Notes under the pieces: model-generated | The model's database searches: none | The model's input: only the letters and a program-made list of their open reading frames with translations | Told to the model about the DNA's origin: nothing | Position numbers and translations under genes: made by a program | In this document: positions 19,588 to 29,705 of the stretch, in pieces | Layout of the letters: each line of letters opens with the position of its first letter | Position numbering within the stretch: position 1 is the first letter of the stretch | Source of the DNA: Candidatus Hadarchaeota archaeon | Lineage (GTDB): Archaea > Hadarchaeota > Hadarchaeia > Hadarchaeales > JAGGTB01 | DNA length: 64,000 nucleotides | Assembly: GCA_964399085.1 (NCBI GenBank) | Contig: CAYNPN010000005.1 | Location: forward strand, 5,328-69,327 | Direction of reading: 5' to 3'

Positions 19588-19833
19588 AGTACTTCTTTTG
19601 AGCTAGGAAAAATCTGAATATCAGCCATGTTGTGTGCGCTTGGATCTCTCAATCGGAAATATCTTCTTTCTATCTCGATTCAATTCACCTGAGTTAGCTT
19701 TTGTTCTTTGAGGGAAATCACGATTGTTAACAGGGGTGTTGGCAATCAATTCTCGCTTCGCGGTCAATCTCAGCATGTTTTTAGGTCAATCATTTGAATT
19801 CTTGGCTTTTTTTGCCTGAATCTCCCCTTTTTC

Positions 19834-19841
19834 TATAAAAA
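19834..19841 (+). promoter_or_regulatory. TATA-like box about 27 bp upstream of motif copy 2
   Basis: TATAAAAA lies in a non-coding stretch. CAGGGG of the motif begins at 19861. Confidence 0.4.
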
Positions 19842-19956
19842 ATTGCCTCTGCAGATCAAACAGGGGTGTTAACTCAAAAATCCGTTCTTGTAGTCTTTTT
19901 TAAATCGAAAATCTATGAGAAGGGTCTTCATAGCTTCGTCTTACGGATATTTCTCC

Positions 19957-19962
19957 TTATAA
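19957..19962 (+). promoter_or_regulatory. TATA-like box about 27 bp upstream of motif copy 3 and the small HTH gene
   Basis: CCTTATAAGC is present. CAGGGG of the motif begins at 19984 and the ATG of the HTH gene is at 20048. Confidence 0.4.
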
Positions 19963-20047
19963 GCGGTTTTACGCCAAAGTGAACAGGGGTGTTAACTTGG
20001 AAACCAGATTCGACGGGATAAGCGAATTTATCAGCAGGCGGGGGCGG

Positions 20048-20281
20048 ATGGAGGTGTTGAATTCCCTTCTGGATGAGATCGAAACACCGGCGGAAGTCGC
20101 GAGGATGCTCGATATTAGCAAAAATGCCGTATACGGGTGGATTAATGAGAAAGAGAGGCATCCCAGCAACGAAAATGTAAAGAAGATGCTTGAAATACTG
20201 AATAGAGAAAAAGAGGATATATTAAAGTATATTTTGGTCGAGGAGTTGCAGACGTTTCAGGATTTAATATTGAAATTTTGA
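20048..20281 (+). CDS. Small HTH DNA-binding protein (77 aa)
   Basis: TPAEVARMLDISKNAVYGWIN is a clear HTH. The start is set at the ATG at 20048 (MEVLNSLL), because the ORF-track start at 19979 lies inside motif copy 3. Confidence 0.55.
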   Translation: MEVLNSLLDEIETPAEVARMLDISKNAVYGWINEKERHPSNENVKKMLEILNREKEDILKYILVEELQTFQDLILKF

Positions 20282-20372
20282 TTTCAGGGAGAGTTAACTG
20301 GGGTGTTAACAAGGAGGCCTTAAAAACGTATGACACTAAAGTGGGATTTCTTCGGGATATACGAAGCCCATG

Positions 20373-21440
20373 TTACAAATTAGAAATCACATGTCCCAAT
20401 GCGTCCATCGTTCGTCGAACTTTTTCTTCGTCAGCATTGAAGCCCATATGACCAACCCTTACTATTTGATTCTCCAAATCACCTAGACTAGTAGCAACCA
20501 GGATATCGTGATTTTCACGGACCTTTTTCTGAACTTTTTGAGCCGTATCCTCAAGATGGAAAGCAGTTACCGTTGGTGAACAAATGCACTCCTGATTTGG
20601 ATATAAATCTAGGCCTATTTCATTTCCCTTCTCCCTGCAAAGCTGGGCGACATTTCTATGCCTCTCATGAACGTTATCCAGTCTTTCCTCCAAGAGAATG
20701 TTAACTGCCTCGTCCAACCCATAGAGATTCGAAACCAGATGGGTATAGGGGAAAAACTCATCCTCCATCCACATCTCCTTCCAGGGCGACAGATTTGTAT
20801 AGAAAGTCTCCTGCCCCTCCGACTCAACGATTTCCCAGGCCTCCCCGCTCACCGAGAGAGTCGTGAGGCCGGGCGGTGCACTGAAACATTTCTGGGAACC
20901 ACAGATGCATATATCGATATCCTCCGTGGGCACTGGAGCACCGCCGAGGGAGGAAACCGCATCCACAATCGTGATAATCCCTTCCTCCTTCAGTATAGGG
21001 AGAACCTCTCCAATATCGTTGAGAGTTCCCGTCGGAGTTTCACAGTGTACCATAGTGGAGATCTTGAAGTCGTCTTTCTCCAATTCGGTCTTCAACTTTT
21101 CCGCGTCTATTCCATGACCGTAGGAGGATTTGCACATGATGGGCTCTCCCCCATACATCTCCACGAAATCCGCAAAACCATCGCCGTAAATACCATTTGA
21201 TATACACAGAACTCTATCGCCTTCCTCGATGAGGGAAGCTATGCTAGTCTCGAGGCCAAGAATACCCTCCCCGCCCAGAACAACCACATCATCTTCGGTT
21301 CCGTATACCTCCTTTAGCTTATCCTCGAGTTCGTGATAAAATACGGCGAATTCCTCATCTATATCCGGATTCTGAATGGGTCTAGCCATCGCGTTCCTTA
21401 TCCTGTCCGGAACCTCAGTAGGTCCTGGAGTCATCAACAT
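20373..21440 (-). CDS. Class-V PLP aminotransferase (serine-pyruvate/alanine-glyoxylate type)
   Basis: The N-terminus LMTPGPTEVP and the internal SQKCFSAPPG (PLP Lys region) fit the AGXT-like family. Confidence 0.85.
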   Translation of the reverse strand: MLMTPGPTEVPDRIRNAMARPIQNPDIDEEFAVFYHELEDKLKEVYGTEDDVVVLGGEGILGLETSIASLIEEGDRVLCISNGIYGDGFADFVEMYGGEPIMCKSSYGHGIDAEKLKTELEKDDFKISTMVHCETPTGTLNDIGEVLPILKEEGIITIVDAVSSLGGAPVPTEDIDICICGSQKCFSAPPGLTTLSVSGEAWEIVESEGQETFYTNLSPWKEMWMEDEFFPYTHLVSNLYGLDEAVNILLEERLDNVHERHRNVAQLCREKGNEIGLDLYPNQECICSPTVTAFHLEDTAQKVQKKVRENHDILVATSLGDLENQIVRVGHMGFNADEEKVRRTMDALGHVISNL

Positions 21441-21498
21441 TTTTAATCAGGATAGATGTATTTGCCTATTAGAAAATAAATCTTCCATTTCGATATGA

Positions 21499-22542
21499 TC
21501 AGAAATATCCGCTCAGCTCCGAGGCCAATTTTTCGGGGTCGGTCTCGATAACGGCTTCGCTATGGAATAATTCCATGAACCCCACATCGCTAGTATAATA
21601 AGGCTTCAAATAGGGCCTAGAGGCAATTTTTGCATTCAGAATATAGTAATCGCTCAGATTCCTATCATTTTGGCTCGAAAAAGTCGTCATGTTAAAACTG
21701 ACTACCCCTCTCGCATCGTAACCCTTCAAAATCTTATTCAACCCTTCGGAAAATCCCCTGACATGTTTCTCCTCCATCTGAATCACCGAAGATATTTCAT
21801 CGAAAATCGCCAGAACCTCGTTGTTGCCCTGAGGAGAAAAACTGGTTAACCAGGTGACGGGACCCGTTTCGCCTATGAACCTCTCTCCTTTTTCCCTCTC
21901 AATAGCCTTCAAATCCATCCAGTAATTACTTCCATGGCGCTCCCTGTAGTCTCTACTCTGCCGAAGCAACTCTTTGACCATGGTATGGGAATCGAAATCC
22001 GTCAAAATCTGAAAATGAGGATGAATTATACTAGCTCCGGAGGGGGGGAGACAATTCCAGTTTATAGTGGTATAGTTTACCTCCGGATTATCCTCATGAA
22101 CTTCCCGAATATACCTTAATGCCGCTTTCAGACCATCCTCAATCTGCCCGGACGAGAACTCGTCCAACGGCAAGTAATGTTCTTGAGTTAGAGGGACAAC
22201 GGCGTGGAACTCTCCGAACGGAAAGAGATTCGGGAACGCGCAGGCGGAACCGACTCTAAATCTGCTCTCGGAAAACTCCTCCGGGAATTTTGGGGTTTTC
22301 TCCTCAATATTTTCGGGACAGAAGGGACAGCCCTCTCGAGAGTTTTGGATTACTTCTTCAAAACCTCCATCATCTTTTTCGGCCTGTTTCACCCTCTCAA
22401 GCCGCGCCTTATTCAGTCTGCTCCATCGTTCCATAAGAGGATCCTTTCTGAACTCGATAGACTGAAACTCCGGCTCGAAATCCTCCTGTGGATTGAGGAA
22501 CTCTGCTTTTCTGACTTTTCTCTCGAAAGCCAATTCAGTCAA
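21499..22542 (-). CDS. GalT-like HIT-superfamily nucleotidyltransferase/phosphorylase
   Basis: The zinc motif CPFCPEN and the HPHFQI histidine motif (HxHxQ) match galactose-1-phosphate uridylyltransferase-like enzymes. Confidence 0.7.
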   Translation of the reverse strand: MTELAFERKVRKAEFLNPQEDFEPEFQSIEFRKDPLMERWSRLNKARLERVKQAEKDDGGFEEVIQNSREGCPFCPENIEEKTPKFPEEFSESRFRVGSACAFPNLFPFGEFHAVVPLTQEHYLPLDEFSSGQIEDGLKAALRYIREVHEDNPEVNYTTINWNCLPPSGASIIHPHFQILTDFDSHTMVKELLRQSRDYRERHGSNYWMDLKAIEREKGERFIGETGPVTWLTSFSPQGNNEVLAIFDEISSVIQMEEKHVRGFSEGLNKILKGYDARGVVSFNMTTFSSQNDRNLSDYYILNAKIASRPYLKPYYTSDVGFMELFHSEAVIETDPEKLASELSGYF

Positions 22543-22835
22543 GACTATTTACCCCGAACAATGAAAGAAAATCACTTGATTTTTCCTTTCGAAAGATTAA
22601 TAAAAAGCTCGGTCCGAAGTTGTTAAAGGGGTATATTTGGAAGGAAACGAAATACTCTCTCAACTAGAAGAAGCGAGAAAACAGATAGATTTGGCTATCT
22701 CGGAGCTGGAAAAAGAGGAAAAATGATTGAGAAATCGGATTCTTTGACTCCTTTCACTATTCGGTTAAAGAAGAAAGGAAGTTCCTTTTCTAATCCAAAA
22801 TCCTCAAACTAGAGTTATTAAGCAGGGAGTCGTTC

Positions 22836-23219
22836 ATGAGAATTCTTTACATCTGTACAGGAAACAGTTTCCGAAGTCCCACTGCGGAAGCCCTAACGAG
22901 AAGATATACCCCGGAATTCGAAGTGGAATCCGCAGGAATTAGCCCAGCAAGCGGCATAGCCGGAAACGCCCAAGGGATGCTTGAGGGTGAAGGAGCTCGA
23001 GAGTATGTTAAACCACACCCAGATCCCGTGACGGAGAGAGCCATCAACGAGGCGGATAGGATAGTCATAATGGAAAACGGGCACAAGGAGTATCTGTTGG
23101 AGAACTTTGACGTCTCCGAGGAGAAAATTGAGAACTGGGATATCGACGACCCTATAAATCGGGATGTAGATCCGGAAGACGCCTTCGCCGCAATTAAAAG
23201 AAAAGTAAAAGAACTCTAA
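22836..23219 (+). CDS. Low-molecular-weight phosphotyrosine phosphatase / ArsC-like
   Basis: The CX5R P-loop is ILYICTGNSFRSP. Confidence 0.8.
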   Translation: MRILYICTGNSFRSPTAEALTRRYTPEFEVESAGISPASGIAGNAQGMLEGEGAREYVKPHPDPVTERAINEADRIVIMENGHKEYLLENFDVSEEKIENWDIDDPINRDVDPEDAFAAIKRKVKEL

Positions 23220-23221
23220 AA

Positions 23222-24055
23222 TTGGATAGAATAGTGGGGATTAAATTGGTTGAAACGAAACCTACGAGGTTCGTTAGATTTCGAGACATGTCCGGTTATG
23301 TGAGGACGGGAGATTGGACGGAATCGGGGATAGAATCAGGAGGGCAAATCTACGATCCCGAGGAAGTAAATATTCTGCCTCCAGTAGATCCCTCGAAAAT
23401 AATCTGTCTTTACGGAAACTATGTGGAGCATCTCAGAGAAAGCGGCTACAGTATCCCGGAGGATATGCCCGAGAGACCACAGTTCTTCCTCAAATCACCC
23501 AACACGATAACTGGACATCGGGTCACGATAACTTTACCAAGTCCCAGTACAGAACGTGAAGACCTCCCCAATTTAGGCGATATAGAAACCGGCAAAGGTA
23601 GGATAGACTATGAGGCCGAACTAGGGGTAGTCATCGGGGACCAATGTAAAAGAGTCCCGGAGGAGAATGCTGGGGAAGTAATTTGGGGTTTCACCTGTGT
23701 GAATGACCTCTCAAATCGTGACGATCAATCTATCGAGCATAATTGGGTTAGGGGAAAATCTTTCGATAATGCAGCGCCCATAGGTCCAGTTATCGCGCCT
23801 TTCGATTCCGTTCCCAAAGAGCCTAGAGTTCGCCTAAAACTCAATGGAAATATGAAACAGGACTCAAAAAAAGACCAGTTCGTTTTTTCAGTTTCGGAAG
23901 TTATAGCTGAAATTACCGAACTCATTACTCTCGAAGCCGGCGATGTCATCGCCATGGGTACGCCCTCGGGTGTGGGCCCCATCAGCGAGGGCGACACAAC
24001 TGAAGTTATAATCGAAGGAGTAGGAACCCTGGAAAATCACTTCGAAGAACGATAA
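23222..24055 (+). CDS. Fumarylacetoacetate hydrolase (FAH) family protein
   Basis: IDYEAELGVVIG, NDLSNRD and GDVIAMGTPSGVG are present. The start is a likely TTG at 23222 or GTG at 23234. Confidence 0.85.
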   Translation: MDRIVGIKLVETKPTRFVRFRDMSGYVRTGDWTESGIESGGQIYDPEEVNILPPVDPSKIICLYGNYVEHLRESGYSIPEDMPERPQFFLKSPNTITGHRVTITLPSPSTEREDLPNLGDIETGKGRIDYEAELGVVIGDQCKRVPEENAGEVIWGFTCVNDLSNRDDQSIEHNWVRGKSFDNAAPIGPVIAPFDSVPKEPRVRLKLNGNMKQDSKKDQFVFSVSEVIAEITELITLEAGDVIAMGTPSGVGPISEGDTTEVIIEGVGTLENHFEER

Positions 24056-24140
24056 ATCTTATGCTTATCATCTAGATACTTCTTCTCCGAATCAAAATTT
24101 TTTCTTTTCGAAATACAATGGGAAAATTGGGGTCCATGAA

Positions 24141-24515
24141 ATGTACATCGAAGATACATCATTCGGAGAAATAATTGTGGATGGGGAAAAATACGACCAC
24201 GATATCGTTATCTCACCCAGCCAAATCGAAAGGAGGAAGAAATGGATCACGAAGAACAAACACGGAACCAGTCACAAGTTAACCCGTGAGGAGATGGAGG
24301 AGTATCTAAAAAACATCGAAGTTGACCGCGTAGAAATCGCAATAATTGGAACCGGCCAATATGGGAAACTAGGTCTATTAGAAGATACGAGGGAATTACT
24401 CGAAGAAAAGGAAATCGAACCAGTCGAACGGAAAACTCCCGAAGCTGCAAAACGTTTCAATGAAAGTGAGAAACCTAGAGAAAAGAAACTCGGAATATTT
24501 CACGTTACCTGTTAA
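24141..24515 (+). CDS. Mth938-like domain protein (DUF498)
   Basis: FGEIIVDGEKYDHDIVI...IIGTGQYGKL fits the pattern of the Mth938/NDUFAF3-like fold. Confidence 0.6.
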   Translation: MYIEDTSFGEIIVDGEKYDHDIVISPSQIERRKKWITKNKHGTSHKLTREEMEEYLKNIEVDRVEIAIIGTGQYGKLGLLEDTRELLEEKEIEPVERKTPEAAKRFNESEKPREKKLGIFHVTC

Positions 24516-24555
24516 CAAGATGGTCGGAGTATCCATAACAAGTTGGGAGAAAGGA

Positions 24556-25353
24556 TTACTCACGCAAAAATTCTAGAACCGTAGTAACTACCCGCTCCAT
24601 CTCTTCCATAAGTCCATGTGCGGAGTTTTCGAAGTACACTAGCTTAGAATTTGGAATTGCCCTGTTGAGAATCTTTCCATTTTCGGAGGGGATTAAAATA
24701 TCTTCCTTGCCGTGTAAAATTAGAGTCTGATTTTCTATTTGAGGCAACCTGTCGTAGGTATCAAATTCCATTATTGCTCCAGCTTGCCAATCGAAATCCT
24801 GTTGGGAAATCACGTTATTCATCATGCGCTGTTTTGCAATCTCAATGAATTCGGGTTTATTCTCGATAAATTCCTCGGTGAAAAGGAGGGGAATCGTTTC
24901 ATCAATTATCTCTTCATCAGACATGCTTTTCCGATCTAGGTAGAGAGATTCCAAGACCTCTTCTGAGGCCTCGACCGCCTCGGACCCTCCACAGTAAGTG
25001 GAAAGAAGAACCAGTTTATCTACCTTGTTGGGATGATTAAGAACCAGTTCTTGTGATATCATTCCACCCATAGAAATCCCCAAGACGTGAGCGCTGGATA
25101 CTTCCATTGCTTCCATCAGGTCCGCGACATCATCAGCCAAATCCTTAATAGAATATCCTTCATCCGGTGATTCGCTTCGCCCGGCTCCTCGGTTGTCGAA
25201 TGTAACAACCTTAAATTCCTCCGAAAGGCCTTCTATCAACCTAGGGTCCCACCAGTCGGTATTCGCAGTTAGACCCTGTACCATGAAAATCGGATTTCCG
25301 TCCCCTTGAACTTCATAGTAAATTTTATTGCCATTTATCTCTTCAAAAGGCAT
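24556..25353 (-). CDS. Alpha/beta-fold hydrolase
   Basis: It has the nucleophile elbow GISMGG, a DNRG oxyanion region and a C-terminal H in SAHGLM. Confidence 0.8.
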   Translation of the reverse strand: MPFEEINGNKIYYEVQGDGNPIFMVQGLTANTDWWDPRLIEGLSEEFKVVTFDNRGAGRSESPDEGYSIKDLADDVADLMEAMEVSSAHVLGISMGGMISQELVLNHPNKVDKLVLLSTYCGGSEAVEASEEVLESLYLDRKSMSDEEIIDETIPLLFTEEFIENKPEFIEIAKQRMMNNVISQQDFDWQAGAIMEFDTYDRLPQIENQTLILHGKEDILIPSENGKILNRAIPNSKLVYFENSAHGLMEEMERVVTTVLEFLRE

Positions 25354-25421
25354 TCAACTCTCCCGTAATGGAATTATGTTACACACTAAAGACTTTTTTG
25401 GCAGTAAGAGGATTTTTAGTC

Positions 25422-28196
25422 TCATCGACTCTCTCTAAAACTCCTCACTACTTTCCATGCCTGACCTAACAACAATGGTACCAAGCTCATTCCCAAGATG
25501 AGCATCCAGCTCTTGAGATCGGGCGCCTCCAAGCTAAGAACCTCCGAAATTCCGGGTAAATACGTCGCAGCCAGAAGTATAACGGAACATAGACCTAGGG
25601 CGCCCCAAACATACTTATTGGCCGTTATCTCGTTTCTGAATAAACCAGATTTTACGTCCCGCATATTGAACACATGCCATAGCTGCGCAAAGGCCAGGGT
25701 CAAAAAGGAGATAGTCACCACACGAGTAGGAGCCGAACCATTGGCATACATCCCAAACCACATAGAACCCACTACAAAAGCTATCAAGGTCACTATCGAT
25801 ATAGAGATGCCATACGAGCCTATTCCTATCCAATTCTCCCTAGTAATTACAGGTTCCTCGGGATTCCTTGGAGACTGGTCCATTATACCTTCGCTACCCT
25901 CCCCGACTCCTAAGGCAAATGCAGGGAAGATATCATTCACGACGTTCAGGAATAAGATTTGAAGGGCTAAAAGAGGAAGTGGATAACCCAAAATTGTAGC
26001 CAAAAATATCGTGATAAGTTCGCTGAGGTTGCATGACAGGAGGTAAATCACAAATTTTCGAATATTCCTGAAAATAATCCTCCCCTGCTCCACGGCTGTT
26101 GTTATCGTTGAGAAATTGTCGTCCTTGAGAATCATATCCGCCGCTTCTTGGGCCACCTGAGTCCCCCTTTCACCCATTGCAATTCCGATATCGGCCTTCT
26201 TCAAAGCGGGAGCATCATTAACGCCGTCACCCGTCATCGCCACTATGGAGCCGTTTTTCTGATGAAGTTCTATTAAATCCAATTTATTATCGGGGCTGAC
26301 CCTCGCAAAAATCGAGGTGTCGATAAACCTCTCTTTTTCTTCATCACGTAGATCCTCCGGATCCCTTAGCTCGTCTCCCTGGACCACTTCCGCATCCTCG
26401 GATTCAACCAGCCCGACGCTAAATCCGATGTTTCGGGCCGTAGATGCGTGATCTCCCGTGACCATTATGATTCTAATACCCGCATCCTGACAGGTCTTAA
26501 TGGCTTCTTTGACCTCTTCTCGGGGAGGGTCCATCATACCTACGAGACTCAGAAACGTCAAATCCTTATAGGGCTCGACCTCCGCGCTATCGACTTCCTT
26601 TTCGGCCAGCGCCAGGACTCTAAGGCCGTCCTTAGCCATCCGGTCGCTTCTCTCCAGCCATTTTTCCTTCATCTCCTCTGTCAGCTCCTTTTTCTCCCCG
26701 TCTTCCAACACATGAGAACACTTCTCGAGGACGGCCTCGGGAGCACCCTTTACCATAGTGCGATAGGATCCATTCATCTCGTGGAAAGTCGCCATCATCT
26801 TTACTGTGGGATCGAAGGATACCTCCCTTGCCTCGGGCATAGATTCCAGCAACTCGTCTCTATCGATCCCGGCCTTAAGTCCGGCGATGAGGAGCGAGAC
26901 CTCCATTGGATCTCCCATAACCTCCTTTTCTCCATCGCTTTCCTCGTAGGAGGCGTTGCTACACAGGACCCCTACCTCAAGGGACCTCCTTAGCACTTCA
27001 TTTTCCGAAACTTCTACGGAACTCTCTTCCTCGCGGAATCCTCCCTCCACATCCAAACCAGTTCCCGTGACGTCTATATCGGCAGACTCGGCGGAGTACT
27101 GGTTGACGGTCATCCTGTTTTCGGTTAGTGTACCCGTCTTGTCGGTGCAGATTATATTTGTAGAGCCGAGGGTCTCCACCGAAGACAGCCTGTTAATCAG
27201 TGCGTTCTGATCGGCCATCCGCCACATCCCTCTCGCGAGGGCCAATGTTGCGACTATCGGGAGACCCTCCGGAATGGTAGCCACGGCCAGAGCGATGGCA
27301 GTTTTGATCATAAGAATGGGATCCTCTCCCCTAATTATTCCCGAGATAGCCACAATAATCGCTATCACTACAAGCAGAGGTATCAGCTTCTGGGCCAGCT
27401 CGTCCAAACGTTCCTCCAAGGGGGTCTGTTCCTCCTCCGCCTCGACGATGGATTCGGATATCTCCCCCAGCTCCGTCTCTAACCCCGTGCTGACGACTAA
27501 GGCCTCGGCAGTTCCCCTCGTCAAGAAGGTGCCCTTATAGAGCATGTTCTTTCTTTCTGCAAGAGGAACATCCTCCTCAAGGGCTTCAACCGACTTGCTC
27601 ACGGGGACGGACTCACCAGTGAGGGTCGACTCGTCGGCCTGAAGCTTCGAGGACTCGATTACTCTCAAATCTGCGGGGACGATATCTCCTGAATTAAGAA
27701 CGACTATATCCCCCGGTACCAACCTTTCAGCATGTATCTCTTCGACTTCTCCATCTCTGCGAACTTTCGTATTTATCTTCGTCATCTCCTGCAGGGCCTC
27801 CATCGATTGGACTGCCCTACTCTCCGTGACGAAACCAATGGCGGCGCTGATCAACAATACCGCCAAGATAGAAACTCCCTCAATCCATCCCACAAAGAAG
27901 AAGGATATGACGGCTGCCAGTGAAAGTAATAGTATCAGTAAACTCTTGAACTGGCTCACCAGAATGTTCCACCTACTTCTCTCCTTAGTCTCCCGTAGCT
28001 TGTTTAATCCAAACCTATCGATTCTGTTCTTTACCTCATTATCTTCCAATCCTTCCTTGGATGTATTATACTGCTCCAATACCTCCTCCGTTGACTTATT
28101 CCAAGGAGAGGAACTCATATCCACCGGCCTCTCCCCCGGTACTTCCCCGCTTCCCTCTCCTAAACTTGAAATATTTTCAGAAGTATTTTCGGTCAT
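25422..28196 (-). CDS. P-type II cation-transporting ATPase (Ca2+/Na+-type)
   Basis: ICTDKTGTLT, PEGLP, MVTGDHASTA and MTGDGVNDAPALKKADIGIAMG are present, with an N-terminal cation-ATPase-N region. Confidence 0.9.
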   Translation of the reverse strand: MTENTSENISSLGEGSGEVPGERPVDMSSSPWNKSTEEVLEQYNTSKEGLEDNEVKNRIDRFGLNKLRETKERSRWNILVSQFKSLLILLLSLAAVISFFFVGWIEGVSILAVLLISAAIGFVTESRAVQSMEALQEMTKINTKVRRDGEVEEIHAERLVPGDIVVLNSGDIVPADLRVIESSKLQADESTLTGESVPVSKSVEALEEDVPLAERKNMLYKGTFLTRGTAEALVVSTGLETELGEISESIVEAEEEQTPLEERLDELAQKLIPLLVVIAIIVAISGIIRGEDPILMIKTAIALAVATIPEGLPIVATLALARGMWRMADQNALINRLSSVETLGSTNIICTDKTGTLTENRMTVNQYSAESADIDVTGTGLDVEGGFREEESSVEVSENEVLRRSLEVGVLCSNASYEESDGEKEVMGDPMEVSLLIAGLKAGIDRDELLESMPEAREVSFDPTVKMMATFHEMNGSYRTMVKGAPEAVLEKCSHVLEDGEKKELTEEMKEKWLERSDRMAKDGLRVLALAEKEVDSAEVEPYKDLTFLSLVGMMDPPREEVKEAIKTCQDAGIRIIMVTGDHASTARNIGFSVGLVESEDAEVVQGDELRDPEDLRDEEKERFIDTSIFARVSPDNKLDLIELHQKNGSIVAMTGDGVNDAPALKKADIGIAMGERGTQVAQEAADMILKDDNFSTITTAVEQGRIIFRNIRKFVIYLLSCNLSELITIFLATILGYPLPLLALQILFLNVVNDIFPAFALGVGEGSEGIMDQSPRNPEEPVITRENWIGIGSYGISISIVTLIAFVVGSMWFGMYANGSAPTRVVTISFLTLAFAQLWHVFNMRDVKSGLFRNEITANKYVWGALGLCSVILLAATYLPGISEVLSLEAPDLKSWMLILGMSLVPLLLGQAWKVVRSFRESR

Positions 28197-28255
28197 AGGT
28201 ACCCCGGAATATGAAGCGGTTCAATTGGATAGATAACTCTCAATCTAAATTAAAA

Positions 28256-29131
28256 TTATCTAAAAATGCTCATAAGTTCGTTTTTGAATCCGCTGAATAT
28301 TCCCCTTATCCAGGCCTTCCACTTATGCTCCCCCTCCTTGTAAACCAAAGCCGAACAATCTGCATTGTTCACGATGCCGTCTGTCAACCACCCAAACATG
28401 TATCGAGAAAACACGTATTCCCTGCTCGGACCCAATACAATCAAATCGTAATCCTCCGATTCCTCTATCAGAGCCTCCGCCACATCCCCGTGCCTAATAA
28501 CTTCGGTCTCACATTCTATTCCCAATCCCTCCATGAACTGTTTAGGTCCCTCGAAAATCTCCTCTGCATCCTCCTCTGTATCCCCTTCCTCAAGCACGTG
28601 GGTGAATACGCACTCGGCACCCGTGCTCTTGATCAGCTGTGCGGTGACGGCCAACCTCTTACTGTAGTCATAGTTCTTGTATCCTAGCGGGAACAAAATC
28701 TTTTCAATTTCGCTTATCTTTCCCTGACTCCTGAAAGCCGCCACATCCTTGCTAGATTTGGCGAATACTCTCTCCATAGGTTTCTGTCTCAAAGACCGAA
28801 AATTGATTTCCGCGTTCCATCCCATCAAAATTAAATCGGAATCTTCCTCGTCCGCTTGCTCGACAATTCCCTTCCAAACGGAGTCGCTATGCCGTATTTT
28901 GGGTTTTATCTTTACCCACCTCTTGGATATTTCCCGTCTATGTTTATCTATCGCAGTCGTCGCATTTCGCCAATCCTTCTGTGTAGAAAGGAAACTACCC
29001 TTCTCAATAACAGTGAGAAACGTAATATCTCCCCTATCGACCAACGCGGATGCCAATTCAGTTATCCTGTTCACGTCGTCGGGATGTCTCACAGGCACTA
29101 GCAACTTTTCGAACTTCGGCTTATCTTCCAA
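28256..29131 (-). CDS. Tandem universal stress protein (UspA) domain protein, kdpQ-like by position
   Basis: It has two USP-like halves (LLVPVRHPDD...ILMGW and ILFPLGY...LIVLGPS). It lies immediately downstream of kdpC on the same strand. Confidence 0.7.
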   Translation of the reverse strand: MEDKPKFEKLLVPVRHPDDVNRITELASALVDRGDITFLTVIEKGSFLSTQKDWRNATTAIDKHRREISKRWVKIKPKIRHSDSVWKGIVEQADEEDSDLILMGWNAEINFRSLRQKPMERVFAKSSKDVAAFRSQGKISEIEKILFPLGYKNYDYSKRLAVTAQLIKSTGAECVFTHVLEEGDTEEDAEEIFEGPKQFMEGLGIECETEVIRHGDVAEALIEESEDYDLIVLGPSREYVFSRYMFGWLTDGIVNNADCSALVYKEGEHKWKAWIRGIFSGFKNELMSIFR

Positions 29132-29132
29132 T

Positions 29133-29705
29133 TTAGACCCCCTCCAGCCGACTCATTATTTCTATATTCAAAAGTAAGACATTTACTCGCTTTCTGCCGT
29201 AAATTCCCAACAGAGGTTCCTTTGTATGTTTCTCAACCATATCTCGAAGGGTATTTTCAGATAAAGGTGTATGTTCCGCGATACGGGGGACCTGCAACAT
29301 CGCGGAATTATCAGATATTTGGGGATCAAGGGCCGAACCGGAATCCGTGACGAGATCGGACGGGACCTTCAGATTCTCCCTGTTTTCCGAAAGCTCCCTT
29401 AGTATTCTCTCAACCCTCTCTCTCAATTCGGGATTATTGGGGCCCAGATTACTGCCGCCGGACTTCATCGCATTATCATCTATTGAGGAGGGCCTCCCAT
29501 GGAAGAATCTTGGATCGTCGAAATCTTGACCTATCAGCTTTGATCCGACGACCTCTCCCTTATACTTGACCAGAGAACCCTGCGCATTACCTCTCCAGAT
29601 TTGGCCACCCAGAGCCACGGCCAGCGGATAGGCGATTGAAAATATCACTATGCCCACTATGACTAACCGTACGGCAACTGAAAAATCCTCCAATTCTAGT
29701 TTCAT
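29133..29705 (-). CDS. kdpC: K+-transporting ATPase subunit C
   Basis: It has a single N-terminal TM, then [11 protein letters not shown] and [10 protein letters not shown]. There is an ATGA overlap with kdpB. Confidence 0.9.
   Translation of the reverse strand: MKLELEDFSVAVRLVIVGIVIFSIAYPLAVALGGQIWRGNAQGSLVKYKGEVVGSKLIGQDFDDPRFFHGRPSSIDDNAMKSGGSNLGPNNPELRERVERILRELSENRENLKVPSDLVTDSGSALDPQISDNSAMLQVPRIAEHTPLSENTLRDMVEKHTKEPLLGIYGRKRVNVLLLNIEIMSRLEGV

Larger units (their letters stand above)
19726..20310 (+). repeat. Four direct copies of the motif AACAGGGGTGTTAAC
   Basis: Copies lie at 19726-19743 (GTTAACAGGGGTGTTGGC), 19858-19873 (AAACAGGGGTGTTAAC), 19981-19996 (GAACAGGGGTGTTAAC) and 20293-20310 (GTTAACTGGGGTGTTAAC). 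Spacings are about 130, 123 and 315 bp. Confidence 0.75.

Noticed and set aside
19600-20340. Possible CRISPR array or replication origin, suggested by the repeated AACAGGGGTGTTAAC motif
   Set aside because: The repeat core is only ~15 bp, spacing is irregular (about 130, 123 and 315 bp), and one interval contains a protein gene. No cas genes are present, so this is not a CRISPR array. The origin idea is also weak. All copies are in direct orientation, no orc1/cdc6 gene is nearby, and the motif does not resemble the ORB or mini-ORB consensus I know, apart from a GGGG run.
22632-22727. Possible ~30-aa coiled-coil peptide (LEGNEILSQLEEARKQIDLAISELEKEEK) between the GalT-like and LMW-PTP genes
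   Set aside because: It has no ATG start (only TTG), it is very short, and no family was recognised. The evidence is too weak to call.
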